In this document: in pieces, positions 46,845 to 57,260 of the stretch
Numbering within the stretch: position 1 is the stretch's first letter
Layout of the letters: the number at the start of each line of letters is the position of its first letter
From: a phage
DNA length: 64,000 bases
Reading direction: 5' to 3' (one strand)
Assembly: GCA_012178725.1 (NCBI GenBank)
Contig: GCA_012178725.1_3030.1
Made by a program: the position numbers and the translations under genes
Notes under the pieces: model-generated
Seen by the model: only the letters and a program-made list of their open reading frames with translations
Database searches by the model: none
Told to the model about the DNA's origin: nothing

Positions 46845-47408
46845 TTACCATTCCAATGCTAGTTTTTTGAGTTGTTTCTGTTCTTTTACGTTCTTAGTCA
46901 CTTCTTTCAAAAAATCATCCGTGACTAAACCTTTTAGTTCTTTTAATACTAAAGGAAGTTTTCCATTTTTAGTAAGAATTGATTTATAGTTAATTGCATC
47001 ATTTGTATTAACTTGATACCGTTTAGCAAGTAACTTAATAATCAATACTTCGGTGGAATCTTCAACCAGTTTTGCCCATTTACCATATCTTTTACCACGA
47101 GGAACTGCAGCCATTAGATAATTAAAATGAGCTTCATCACTTAAGCCTGATCCAATTAAATTCATAGCATATACAGCTGGCATGCACTCTGGAAATTGTG
47201 ATAATGCATTTTCGACCATGAATTTTGAATAATCTTTTTGAGCAATAGAGCATTTAGTTTTATTATTGATAGCTCCAATTATTTCAAAAAATTCATTTTC
47301 AGCTTTTTCTTTAAAAGAATCAGCAGCGGATTGGACAGCTGTCCAATCTTTTGAATACCAAGCAACTTGATGCTCGTTTAATTGAATATCATCTTCAAAT
47401 AAGCTCAT
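46845..47408 (-). CDS. 62: Clamp loader small subunit gp62
   Basis: ORF-track frame trimmed to [14 protein letters not shown] (187 aa), start overlapping the gene 44 stop. Confidence 0.9.
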   Translation of the reverse strand: MSLFEDDIQLNEHQVAWYSKDWTAVQSAADSFKEKAENEFFEIIGAINNKTKCSIAQKDYSKFMVENALSQFPECMPAVYAMNLIGSGLSDEAHFNYLMAAVPRGKRYGKWAKLVEDSTEVLIIKLLAKRYQVNTNDAINYKSILTKNGKLPLVLKELKGLVTDDFLKEVTKNVKEQKQLKKLALEW

Positions 47409-47409
47409 A

Positions 47410-48369
47410 TCACTTCCACTGCATTTCACATGCTAATTGAATGAAAAGATAAGCTAAATGTAATTCAGTGTTAGCTGCAATACCATGATACTGATTATTT
47501 TCGCCGACAATTTCGTACATACGAATAATACTCTGTGGAGTTACACGTGAATAGATTTCTTCGGCAAGTTTACCCACGAACCACGAATAATCGGCTGCAT
47601 ATTTTGGTGCTAAAGCTCTGAGTTGTTTAACATCTTTATTTTTGAGAGACTCAAGAACATCATCAATAGCACCACGATCGTTAGTAACCAGTGATAAAAT
47701 ACCAGCATCCAAAACACCTTTAGATGAATAACTATCGAGCTCGCCAATAGTTTTACGAAAATCAGGAAAATTCTTTTTAACCAAAGCTGCTACAACTTTC
47801 ATATCAGCTATAGCAATTCCTTCATGCTTACAGATTTCAGTCAATCGACGAATCATCTGCTTCATCATTTCAATTTTATCTTCATCGGTCGGTTGACCGA
47901 ATGTAATAACTCGGCAGCGTGACTGGAGAGGTTTAATAATACCATCAATATTGTTAGCAGTAATAATAATACTACAGTTTGAACTATAAGCTTCCATAAA
48001 GGAACGAAGATGTCGCTGAGACTCTGCTAACCCTGAGCGGTCAAATTCATCAATAACGATTACTTTTTGACGACCATCAAATGAAGCTGCGCTGGCAAAA
48101 TTAGTCAAAGGACCACGAACGAAATCAATTTTACAATCTGATCCATTCACAAACATCATATCAGCATTTACATCATGACACAATGCTTTTGCTACAGTTG
48201 TTTTACCTGTTCCTGGAGAAGGAGAATGAAGAATAATATGTGGAATCTTACCTTTACTTGTAATAGATTTAAAGGTTTCTTTATCAAAGGCGGGAAGAAT
48301 ACATTCATCGATAGTAGATGGACGATATTTCTGTTCAAGAATGTGTTCTTTTTCATTTACGGTAATCAT
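47410..48369 (-). CDS. 44: Clamp loader large subunit gp44
   Basis: ORF-track frame trimmed to [17 protein letters not shown] (319 aa, GAGGAA ribosome-binding site); AAA+ Walker A GTGKTT. Confidence 0.93.
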
Positions 48370-48401
48370 AATTTCCTCATTCAAGTTTTAGTGTAAATTA
48401 T

Positions 48402-48419
48402 AAAGGGCCGAAGCCCTTT
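48402..48419 (-). promoter_or_regulatory. Intercistronic CUUCGG hairpin between genes 45 and 44
   Basis: taaagggccgaagcccttta; identical 20-mer also at 53981-54000. Confidence 0.45.
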
Positions 48420-48420
48420 A

Positions 48421-49107
48421 TTAAAAATCGTGGGTAGAATCAGCTTCAAGAGCTACTACATAATTCGCGTGTTCACCTTCAAATTTAGCAGCACCTTGTT
48501 TACCTTTTGCCCAGAGCAGAAGTTTATAATTTCCTGGTTGCATTTTCATATTTGCCATATTGATAATGAAATTAAATGTATTTTCACCATCATAATCACC
48601 AAGAGTCAAAGAATATTTAACACGGGTCAAAGCAGAATCTTCTACTTTATTAAAACCGTTAATTACGATTTTACCTTCTTTTACTGTGATAGCAATTGTA
48701 TCAATCTGCAGACCACGAGATACACGCAACAGTTGTTGAAGGTCTTCAGCTTTAATTTCAGTAACAACAGATGCTACCGGGAATGGAATCGGTTTATTAG
48801 GAGCAACTACTGTACTCGGATCGGCTGCTGGCCAAAAAATTGTTGAGCGGGCATCAGCAATTTTAATATTTCCATCTTCTGACTGGGAAATTTCTGCATC
48901 ATCATTAACTAGAGACAGAATACCGAGAAAACCGTTCAAATCGTAAATCGCTACATCAAAATCAATAACGTCAGAAATATTTGCTTCCGCATAAGTTGTA
49001 CCATTAACTGCACGAGTCATAATAAATTGACCTGATTTAAGCATAATACCGGAGTTAATAGTAGCGAAATTTTTAAGCAGAGCAGTAGTATCTTTAGACA
49101 GTTTCAT
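48421..49107 (-). CDS. 45: Sliding clamp gp45
   Basis: 228-aa ORF; length as T4 gp45. Confidence 0.93.
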   Translation of the reverse strand: MKLSKDTTALLKNFATINSGIMLKSGQFIMTRAVNGTTYAEANISDVIDFDVAIYDLNGFLGILSLVNDDAEISQSEDGNIKIADARSTIFWPAADPSTVVAPNKPIPFPVASVVTEIKAEDLQQLLRVSRGLQIDTIAITVKEGKIVINGFNKVEDSALTRVKYSLTLGDYDGENTFNFIINMANMKMQPGNYKLLLWAKGKQGAAKFEGEHANYVVALEADSTHDF

Positions 49108-49162
49108 GTAATTTCCTTCAATTCAAATGAGATTTAATTTTATAACTAATTTAATAAAGCAA

Positions 49163-49552
49163 TTAACGATTAAAATCAGCCGCAATTGTTTCAGCGACAA
49201 TTTGAGCAGCAACAATTAGACGTTCATCTGCATTACCGCAATAATCATCTTCAAGGCGTTCACCACATGAAGTCATAATAAATTTAGCACCGGCGTTTAG
49301 GGATTCTGTAGTATGTTTGCGCATTAGTTCAATCCATTTATTACTTACTTCACGATCGATAGCTTCATAATACGCATGACGAGCAGGTGCAGATTTAATT
49401 TTGTTCTGAATAACTTCCATTGCGTTATCAGAAAGAGACAAAACCCATGCTCGACGAATTTTATTTTGATTTTGTGGATTTGATTCAGAACGCACGTGTT
49501 TTGGCTGAATATCTTTTACATCAACAGTATAATTCACAGTAATTTTAGTCAT
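49163..49552 (-). CDS. rpbA: RNA polymerase binding protein RpbA
   Basis: 129-aa ORF between 46 and 45 as in T4. Confidence 0.8.
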
Positions 49553-49561
49553 AATACACCT

Positions 49562-49750
49562 TTAATCATAATAATCAGTAACAGTCCAAGCTTCATTTCT
49601 ATTGGACATTATTTTTGTATATTCTGCTTTAAATGCATTCTTAAGCATAGATTCAGTAACTATATGCTCTTCATTAGAAAAATTATTTCTCAGAATATAT
49701 CGTTTTATTTCAGGAATAGTTAATAGATGCTGTCCAGTTGAATATTCCAT
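49562..49750 (-). CDS. Hypothetical protein (62 aa), 45.2 position
   Basis: Short ORF downstream of gene 46. Confidence 0.5.
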   Translation of the reverse strand: MEYSTGQHLLTIPEIKRYILRNNFSNEEHIVTESMLKNAFKAEYTKIMSNRNEAWTVTDYYD

Positions 49751-49805
49751 GTTTTTCCTCCATAGAGATTATACTCTAATAAATTAAAGCATAATCTCTT
49801 ATAAA

Positions 49806-51488
49806 TTAAACCATTACAGTAAATCGACCAACTTTCTTCATTTGAAGATGCTGACCATATTCTTGCGGGTCATGGTCTTTATGTGAAATTATAAAAACAT
49901 TAGTGTTTTTCATTGAATTTATAATATTAGCTACACCTTTAATACCTTCGGCATCAAATGACCCATCAAACACTTCATCGAGTATTAATGTACTAATACT
50001 AACACCAGATACAATAGAAGCAATATCACGCCAAGTAAATAAAAGAGCAATATCAATTCGTGCTTTTTCACCTTCACTAAATGAAGCATAACTAAAATCT
50101 TCACGACCACGGGATTTAATTGTCTCATTAAATTCTTCATCTAATGTAAACACATAATCCGCTTCCATTATTTTAAGATAATGGTTAATCTGCTTATTAA
50201 ATAATGGAATGTACTTTTTAATAATAGCACCTTTAATACCAGAATCTTTGAGCATATCAGTCAAAATTCCTCTGTGGTATTTTTCCATTACTAAATTAGT
50301 TTTTGTCTTAACAATTTTATCAAGTTCTTCTTGAAGCAGTGCTATTTCATCAGCATGGTCAATAAACTCAGAAGATGCTTTTTCTATAGCCGCTTTAACC
50401 TTTTTAGCTTTATCTACCGTCGTGATTAGAGATTGCTTTTTATTGCGAATATCATTTGCCAACGACTGTTGGGTTTTAATATTATCTCGGTATTCATCAA
50501 CAAGAACTTTTAAATTATCACGGTGTGTTGAAAGCTGTTCAAACGAATGCGTACATTCAGAAACTTTATCTTTAATTTTAGAAACAACTTTATCACCGGA
50601 ACTTAATTGTGACAAGCAGGTTGGACATAATCCACCTTCGTGATACATATTAATGACTTTATTATACGAGTCAATTTTTGATTTAATTAAAACTGCTTCT
50701 TGACCGATTTTATTAAATGCATCAGTCGGGTCTTCATCTAAAACAATATTAACTAATCTTTCATTAGCTTCTTCTATTTCCGATTTTAGCGTTCTAGCTT
50801 CTTTTGCCAAATCATCATACATATTTTGAAGACGAGTAAGGTTGTCACCCGTTAATTTTTTCTGGCGTTCAACGTTATCATTATATATTTTAATTTGTTG
50901 GATAATACTATCTTTTTTAACATCAAGCACTTGGTTTTGTGAATTTAATTCACGTATTAGTGCTTTATTAAGCTTATCCATTTCAGCTAATGTTCCTACC
51001 TCAAGCAGGTCTTCCACAAGCTTTCTTCGCGCAGGGGTCGACAAACCCATGAAAGGGGTATACCCTGCTGTACCAAGGACAACAATCTGCTTGAAACTGG
51101 CATATGACATTCCGATAAGCTGTTCAAATTCTGCTTGGAAATCTTTACTGCTGGCAGATTCATTAAGACGTGTACCGTTAACGGTGATTTCGAAAACGTT
51201 CGGTTTTTGTCCTCTTTTGATATAGTACTTTTTCTCATCATATTCCATCCACAGTTCAACTAAAAGTTCTTTCTTATTTGTGCTGTTTATTAATTGACCT
51301 TTCTTTACATCACGAAATGGCTTACCAAAAAGCCCAAATGTGATGGCTTCTAACATAGTAGACTTACCACCGCCATTTCGGCCAGTAATAAGAGTTTTTT
51401 GAACCTTATCTAATTGAATGTCAACTCCATTTTGACCAACTGACATTATATTTTTATATTTTACTCTATTAAGTTTAAATGATTTCAT
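49806..51488 (-). CDS. 46: Recombination nuclease subunit gp46 (SbcC/Rad50-like)
   Basis: 560-aa ORF with Walker A GRNGGGKST and coiled coil; length as T4 gp46. Confidence 0.93.
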   Translation of the reverse strand: MKSFKLNRVKYKNIMSVGQNGVDIQLDKVQKTLITGRNGGGKSTMLEAITFGLFGKPFRDVKKGQLINSTNKKELLVELWMEYDEKKYYIKRGQKPNVFEITVNGTRLNESASSKDFQAEFEQLIGMSYASFKQIVVLGTAGYTPFMGLSTPARRKLVEDLLEVGTLAEMDKLNKALIRELNSQNQVLDVKKDSIIQQIKIYNDNVERQKKLTGDNLTRLQNMYDDLAKEARTLKSEIEEANERLVNIVLDEDPTDAFNKIGQEAVLIKSKIDSYNKVINMYHEGGLCPTCLSQLSSGDKVVSKIKDKVSECTHSFEQLSTHRDNLKVLVDEYRDNIKTQQSLANDIRNKKQSLITTVDKAKKVKAAIEKASSEFIDHADEIALLQEELDKIVKTKTNLVMEKYHRGILTDMLKDSGIKGAIIKKYIPLFNKQINHYLKIMEADYVFTLDEEFNETIKSRGREDFSYASFSEGEKARIDIALLFTWRDIASIVSGVSISTLILDEVFDGSFDAEGIKGVANIINSMKNTNVFIISHKDHDPQEYGQHLQMKKVGRFTVMV

Positions 51489-51503
51489 TTTGTATCCAAT
51501 TGT

Positions 51504-52358
51504 TCACAATGAAGAAAATTCTTTAACTAAAGCCTGTAATGAAGCCTCTATTGGATATCCATTCTTAACTAACATTTTCCTAAACATTACATGTTTAGGA
51601 CGATTATATGATATCCACAATTCATACAATTTATCTTTATTATCCCAATGATAGCCTTTTCGTCGAGATGCTATATGAGCTTTTCTAATCTCCGGATTTT
51701 TCCAACTAGCAGCTACTGAATTTGATATAGCTATTTTATATTCAGGTTTTGATAAAGCAGCACGAACAGCCTTTTGGTGTTTAATTTTATTTTCTTCGTT
51801 ATTAAACCATTCCCTTGAAGCCATTGAAATTTTTTGTTTTGTTTTAAAATTATTTAATCTTTCTTTATTATCTTTCCTATTTTTTGCTACTGAAAAATAT
51901 TTTAATGCCCTTTCTCTAGCAGCATTTCTATTTTGCGGATTTGAATAATACTGTTGAAGCCTTTTTGATATTGTGTCACTTACATCTTGTTTTATAAAAC
52001 TATATTCAGCAGCTATTAAATCAACTTCGGCTAAAGATAAATTTTTATATGTTTTTCCTGACATCATTCTATTTAAAGCATTTAGCATTTTTCCATTTTT
52101 ACCTTTTGCTAATAAGAAGTGTGCTTTAAAATGATTAAAATGACTTAAATTAACTAAATTCCATGTAGATTTTAAATATTCAGGAAATATTGATTTAGGA
52201 AGCACGTGGTGTGCTTCCGTTTTACCTGGAGTTTTAACAGTTGAATTCACAGAAATAAAATTAATGTAAGACTTGGCGTCTTCTTCACTCAACGCTAATT
52301 TTTCAACTAATTCCTTTATTAAAAATTCATCATTAATGTCAAGTTTAAAATTCTTCAC
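51504..52358 (-). CDS. Free-standing HNH homing endonuclease with C-terminal basic repeats
   Basis: 284-aa ORF with EAHHVLPKS...WNLVNLSHFNHFKAH HNH-like motif; GTG start overlapping upstream stop (GTGA). Confidence 0.7.
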   Translation of the reverse strand: MKNFKLDINDEFLIKELVEKLALSEEDAKSYINFISVNSTVKTPGKTEAHHVLPKSIFPEYLKSTWNLVNLSHFNHFKAHFLLAKGKNGKMLNALNRMMSGKTYKNLSLAEVDLIAAEYSFIKQDVSDTISKRLQQYYSNPQNRNAARERALKYFSVAKNRKDNKERLNNFKTKQKISMASREWFNNEENKIKHQKAVRAALSKPEYKIAISNSVAASWKNPEIRKAHIASRRKGYHWDNKDKLYELWISYNRPKHVMFRKMLVKNGYPIEASLQALVKEFSSL

Positions 52359-52570
52359 AAAAGATTCCTTTTAATGTATCTTTTAGACCATTCTATCATA
52401 TCATCATAATCTAAAAAGTATTCATCAAATTCAGCCATGCAAACAACACCTTGTGCTGCTTTTGATGTGATATAAATTATTCCAACATATCTAGAATCTT
52501 CTTCGGTGTAATCAATATTTGCTATGAATTCATCGTTAATGTCAAATGTCGAAAACTTCACAGTATGCAT
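52355..52570 (-). CDS. Hypothetical protein (71 aa from ATG)
   Basis: ORF-track frame trimmed to MHTVKFSTFDINDEF; N-terminus homologous to the HNH ORF N-terminus. Confidence 0.45.
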   Translation of the reverse strand: MHTVKFSTFDINDEFIANIDYTEEDSRYVGIIYITSKAAQGVVCMAEFDEYFLDYDDMIEWSKRYIKRNLL

Positions 52571-52805
52571 CCTTAATACAAGATACAGCCATATCTCGCA
52601 ATGATTTAGGTGTGTCATTATCTAAAATGTTGAAGTTAAAGGATACAGCCCAGTCAGTGCAGACCGTAACCTTTTTAATACAATTATCTTCAACCTCTAG
52701 CGGTTCAAACCAATATTCAATAATTTCTTTATGACCAATATCATCTTTTACTTCGCATTCAAAATGCTGACTCATCATAACATTTTTAAATTCATCAAAA
52801 GTCAT
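52542..52805 (-). CDS. Hypothetical protein (87 aa)
   Basis: ORF whose start overlaps the gene 47 stop. Confidence 0.5.
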   Translation of the reverse strand: MTFDEFKNVMMSQHFECEVKDDIGHKEIIEYWFEPLEVEDNCIKKVTVCTDWAVSFNFNILDNDTPKSLRDMAVSCIKDAYCEVFDI

Positions 52806-53821
52806 TGTGTTGCCTCTACATATAGCTGATTTGCATATTGAATAAGTGCTTCACGATCAGAATCAGTGATGTCTGGAATTGCATTAATATACTCTTCCAT
52901 TAATGTCTGAAGCGATTGAACTTCAACTTCTTCACTGTCATCTGACTCGACAGAGTTATCAATCTTTGACACAACTCGTAATGAATGCACAACTTTTTCT
53001 AGTTCAGATTCGAACTTCGTTAGATTTTTGTCTACTTCAGTTACTATAACACGTACTGATAGATTTGTAAAATCTTTATAGTCAATTTTTCCCTTAAATG
53101 GATATTGAATTCGACGATGCCAGGTAGTGTTGTTTGGAATAAATTCCATTCGTTCTGTTTCTGTATCAAACATCCAGAACCCGCGAGGGTCATTCTCGTC
53201 ACCTGCAGTTAGTGTCCATGGTGTCCCAATATATCTGACGTTAGCAGCCTCAGAGATAGTATGGAAGTGACCAGACCACACCTCTTTATAAGTCTTAAGG
53301 AAATCAGGTTCAAGACCGTGAGATTTCATTCCTTTATAAAAATAAAATCCATTCAGTTCCCAGTGACCAACGCAAAAAGAAGCAGATGAAGTTTTGATGT
53401 GTTCAAGAATTTCACCAGTATTTTCTTCACACATCCAAGGAATTAAATCAATCAAACATCCGTCAAAATCTACTGTAGTAGGCTTATCATATACTTTAAC
53501 ATTAGGATATTTAGCCAAAAGCTCAGTAGAAGCATTTGGAGTTAAAGTATTTTTAAAGTGCATATCATGGTTTCCTACAACAGTATGCAGGGTAATACCA
53601 GCATCATCAAGCATTTGAACTATTTCACGGGCGAATTCCATAGTTTTATGTGTGATTGCTTTTCGCACATCAAAAATATCGCCGTATTGAATCCATGTAG
53701 TAATTCCATTTTTCTTAGAATATTCTATTGCCTGTTTAATTCCATCCAACTGAATGGATTGAACCCACTCATCATCGGCTTTAACACCTAAATGCCAATC
53801 ACCTAAATTTAAAATTTTCAT
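52802..53821 (-). CDS. 47: Recombination nuclease subunit gp47 (Mre11-like)
   Basis: 339-aa ORF with phosphoesterase motifs (GDWH, GNHD); length as T4 gp47. Confidence 0.93.
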   Translation of the reverse strand: MKILNLGDWHLGVKADDEWVQSIQLDGIKQAIEYSKKNGITTWIQYGDIFDVRKAITHKTMEFAREIVQMLDDAGITLHTVVGNHDMHFKNTLTPNASTELLAKYPNVKVYDKPTTVDFDGCLIDLIPWMCEENTGEILEHIKTSSASFCVGHWELNGFYFYKGMKSHGLEPDFLKTYKEVWSGHFHTISEAANVRYIGTPWTLTAGDENDPRGFWMFDTETERMEFIPNNTTWHRRIQYPFKGKIDYKDFTNLSVRVIVTEVDKNLTKFESELEKVVHSLRVVSKIDNSVESDDSEEVEVQSLQTLMEEYINAIPDITDSDREALIQYANQLYVEATQ

Positions 53822-53981
53822 ATATCAAGAACCGTCATTGAAATGCAAAATAAAATTATTGAAATAAATCCATCTGGAGTGCTAAAGAACCCAATCCAAC
53901 ATGCTCTAGTGAATAGATAAAATGCGAGAAAAAGTATCACATATCCAAGAAATATCATTATATCAAACTCCGTATAAAGCT

Positions 53982-53999
53982 AAAGGGCCGAAGCCCTTT
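53982..53999 (-). promoter_or_regulatory. CUUCGG hairpin at the alpha-gt 3' end, followed by TATAAT
   Basis: taaagggccgaagcccttta overlapping the alpha-gt stop; same 20-mer as at 48401. Confidence 0.5.
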
Positions 54000-55200
54000 A
54001 TTTTGTAATAATGTCAAACTGTTCTTTAAAGCAGAAGCTTGAATCTTGATGCTGATACAAAAATTCATAAGCTTTTTCGCGTTCGCGGTCATAAAGAGTT
54101 CGATCAGATGACAGTTCTTTAATACGTTCAAATGTTGATTCCATGTCATTTTCATCAAACCAAATGATACCGCTATCATGCGAGGTCAAAGGAGTATTAT
54201 CAACACGGAATTTTAAATTTTCGCCAGTAGATTTCCAAAATACCGGAATTGTTCCACATGCACCAAGCTCGAGATGAGTATATTCTAAAGAACGTTGTAG
54301 ATATTTTTTATCCAACTTACTCAACTGATAACCAAAACCGGATTTACTCATACGTTCAAGCATTTCGCTATTTACATAACGGTCAAGAATTTGCGTTGGC
54401 AAATTAGGAGCAATTTTAATTTGGTCTACTTGATGAAGACGATAATACTCGTATGGAATTCCTTTTTCTTTAATAGGAATGAACGCTGGAGAACGTTCCA
54501 GACCTTCCATAATAGTACTTAGTCCTGCAGGTTTAAGATGTTTTTCATGAAAATCAAACATCTGATAAAAACCTTTCCATGTAGTCGTACGACCAATCCA
54601 ACGGTTGATATTCATGTTAATTTCAGAAACATCTTTCCAGTAGGTTGATCGAACCTTCGCAATATCCATCGGAGGTTGAAAGTTATATACTGTCGGTGCT
54701 TCTTCAATATCATCAAACAGAGAAACTGTTTCAGGATACCATTCTTTCATCAGAACTTTATTAAAATCACCATTATCAGAATGGCTAAAAATAACATCAG
54801 CTCGACGAACAGTTTCTTCTAATCCCAAATTTCGGCGCAAAGAAAGAGAAGAATGGTCATGTTGATAAACTACAACACGAACAGAAGGTTTAATGTTATC
54901 AATAATTTTTTTATAGTTATTAATAGTGTCTTCTTCAACCGAAGTAGCAGGAACTGAATTGATAATTAGAATATCACAATCATTTACCAGCTTAAGTGTT
55001 TTATCATATTCTTTTGCCAATAAAACCGGAATTGAAAATGATTTATAATCATGCGCGCAATTACGAGTAAATGATTTATCTTTAGCATAAACCAAAGTTA
55101 CTTCATGACCATTCTTAATAAACCAATCACGTTGCTCAAGAGAAAATTTAGTTACACCACAACCTTCAAGACCTCGAGCCATAAAAATACATACTTTCAT
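53998..55200 (-). CDS. agt: DNA alpha-glucosyltransferase
   Basis: 400-aa ORF MKVCIFMARGLEGCGVTKFSLEQRDWF...; matches T4 alpha-gt. Confidence 0.95.
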   Translation of the reverse strand: MKVCIFMARGLEGCGVTKFSLEQRDWFIKNGHEVTLVYAKDKSFTRNCAHDYKSFSIPVLLAKEYDKTLKLVNDCDILIINSVPATSVEEDTINNYKKIIDNIKPSVRVVVYQHDHSSLSLRRNLGLEETVRRADVIFSHSDNGDFNKVLMKEWYPETVSLFDDIEEAPTVYNFQPPMDIAKVRSTYWKDVSEINMNINRWIGRTTTWKGFYQMFDFHEKHLKPAGLSTIMEGLERSPAFIPIKEKGIPYEYYRLHQVDQIKIAPNLPTQILDRYVNSEMLERMSKSGFGYQLSKLDKKYLQRSLEYTHLELGACGTIPVFWKSTGENLKFRVDNTPLTSHDSGIIWFDENDMESTFERIKELSSDRTLYDREREKAYEFLYQHQDSSFCFKEQFDIITK

Positions 55201-55224
55201 TTAATATCCTCTTTGTTTTGGTTT

Positions 55225-55270
55225 ATTTTACCAAAAATTTATAAAGCAATATAGGAGCCGAAGCTCCTAT
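55225..55270 (-). promoter_or_regulatory. UUCG hairpin plus putative MotA-box middle promoter upstream of alpha-gt
   Basis: Reverse strand reads ataggagcUUCGgctcctat then attGCTTTAtaaatttttggTAAAAT. Confidence 0.4.
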
Positions 55271-55443
55271 CCACATAATACGCCATACAGAGGCTCGTTA
55301 GAACTTTTAAATTTTATGCGCTTATATTTTATAGTTCCTTCTGCTTTAGCTTTATCATGAGACTCTTTAAAGCGTCTCATCATTTCCTCTTTAGAGGAAC
55401 GAATTTTATTATAATCTATTTCAGAAGTCTGGGTGTTCATCTT

Positions 55444-55650
55444 TCATAACTGCCACCATTTTTTGACTTGATAAGAATCAACCCACACTTTCATATTAGG
55501 GTCTGCTCTTACAATAGGAGGATTAACTTCTTTAATTGAACTATCATGGTATTCTTTTTCAGAAATTTTCACACAAAGATGACCATTCAAAGATTCAGTA
55601 AATCCTGCATTAATTTTAAGACGCTTGAATTTTACGTGTGTAAGCATCAA
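55444..55650 (-). CDS. Hypothetical protein (68 aa)
   Basis: ORF between alpha-gt and 55. Confidence 0.45.
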   Translation of the reverse strand: MMLTHVKFKRLKINAGFTESLNGHLCVKISEKEYHDSSIKEVNPPIVRADPNMKVWVDSYQVKKWWQL

Positions 55651-55933
55651 TCATATCCTCAATTTGCGATCTAGTAGTCTTCCAAAGAATACTGATGAGT
55701 TCATCGTTATATGGCTGTTTTAGAATATCCCGACTTTTCTTGATAGCATATTCGTATTGAGCAAAATTATTATTTTCAGCTGCAATCTGAGCGTGCTTAT
55801 AAAGACGATTCAGTTCGCGTTTGTTTTTAGACAATAACTTATTTGCTTTTCTTTCTGCTTCAAGACGGTTCTTTTCTTCAATAGAAGAAATAAGCTTTTC
55901 CACTTCATCATTAATTTCGGGTTTATCAGTCAT
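55616..55933 (-). CDS. Hypothetical protein (105 aa)
   Basis: ORF in operon orientation. Confidence 0.5.
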   Translation of the reverse strand: MTDKPEINDEVEKLISSIEEKNRLEAERKANKLLSKNKRELNRLYKHAQIAAENNNFAQYEYAIKKSRDILKQPYNDELISILWKTTRSQIEDMIDAYTRKIQAS

Positions 55934-55934
55934 A

Positions 55935-56153
55935 TTATTTCTCTAATATAAAATAAAAATCATCATCTGTTAAATGATACCGATAGTTTAATTCTACACC
56001 ATTAGATTTAAAAGCGGTATCATACGGATTTTCTGGATCAATATCAATGTCAAGAGCTAAAACTTCCCTGAGATACATTTTAAGTAAATAGGGAATAGCT
56101 TCAACTTCAGGTATTTCTTCCAAGAATCCGGAGAGGTTAATCGTTAGCCTCAT
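55935..56153 (-). CDS. Hypothetical protein (72 aa)
   Basis: Start overlaps the gene 55 3' end. Confidence 0.5.
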
Positions 56154-56694
56154 ATAAAAAATCCAAACTAGGAGAATCGTCTACAACACTTTTCTTTTCA
56201 GCCCCCGGTGTTCTATAGGTTGATTCTTCGTAATGCGTCATTTTATCGTAGATGTCTTGAATAAAAGTTTCATCTACTAACGCAACCATATCGTCGTCAC
56301 GACTGTCATAGACATTGTGAACGAAGTAACTATATTTCTTTGCAACTTCCTTACGTTCTTTTTTAATACGCTGGACGAATGCATTAAAACAAGCTTGAGT
56401 TATATATGCATGTGGGTTTTTATATTTCGTTTCATCAAAATTATGAAGCCCCTTAATAGAAGCTTCTATACCATCTGCAATCATTTCTTGTTTCCAAGAC
56501 TGGGTGTATCCTGAAAAGTTGAAACGTTTAGATAAGCCTTCTGCAATAAGCATAATGGCTAATCCGATAGTATCATTTTGACGAACTACTTTATTTGGGT
56601 CTTTATTATTTGCTAATTCTGTTTTCCAATCAATAATAGCTTGTAAAAGCTCTTTATTGTTTACGTAATTATATTTAGGCTTAGTTTCTGACAT
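56137..56694 (-). CDS. 55: Late-transcription sigma factor gp55
   Basis: ORF-track frame trimmed to [17 protein letters not shown] (185 aa, GAGGTGAAA ribosome-binding site); matches T4 gp55. Confidence 0.93.
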
Positions 56695-56772
56695 TTTCAC
56701 CTCTTAGCTCAATTCATAGATCTATTATATCATAATATTTGAAGATCTATCTTAAAGCATAGAGGATATCAG

Positions 56773-57042
56773 TTATCTAAGTAAACAGTATGCTTGGAAT
56801 ACTTTCTCCATCATCTTTTTAAATTCATGAATATCTATATAATGACTAGTTAGATCAGCATGATATAAAAAGTCTAAAAACTTTTCATGTGTACTAACAT
56901 ATTCACTTTCATTTAATTCAGAAACATGGCTTTCCCAATATCCAACACCAGTCTTATTTGGGAAAAATGAAATTTTCATGTATTGGTCAACATAGAAAAT
57001 GCCATAATTTTCAATAGTAATAGAAATATTAATAAATTTCAT
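56773..57042 (-). CDS. Hypothetical protein (89 aa)
   Basis: ORF. Confidence 0.5.
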   Translation of the reverse strand: MKFINISITIENYGIFYVDQYMKISFFPNKTGVGYWESHVSELNESEYVSTHEKFLDFLYHADLTSHYIDIHEFKKMMEKVFQAYCLLR

Positions 57043-57260
57043 ACATTCATCAACTTAGCCGCTTCAAGAGCTGCATCTAGTGAATCAAATTGGTCAACGT
57101 ATTCAATCAATTCACCATAATTGGCATATAACCACCATTGGCTAAATTCATACTCAAGGATGAATCCGTTTCCTTCAATTTGAGTTAAACCAATGCCATT
57201 TGTATTTACTTCATATCCAGCAAGACGCAAATCGTTAATAAGAGCTTCGTTCATATTCAT
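57039..57260 (-). CDS. Hypothetical protein (73 aa)
   Basis: ATGA overlap with neighbour. Confidence 0.5.
   Translation of the reverse strand: MNMNEALINDLRLAGYEVNTNGIGLTQIEGNGFILEYEFSQWWLYANYGELIEYVDQFDSLDAALEAAKLMNV

Noticed and set aside
53958-54179. 73-aa ORF overlapping the alpha-gt 3' end
   Set aside because: Wholly contained in the alpha-gt coding region in another frame
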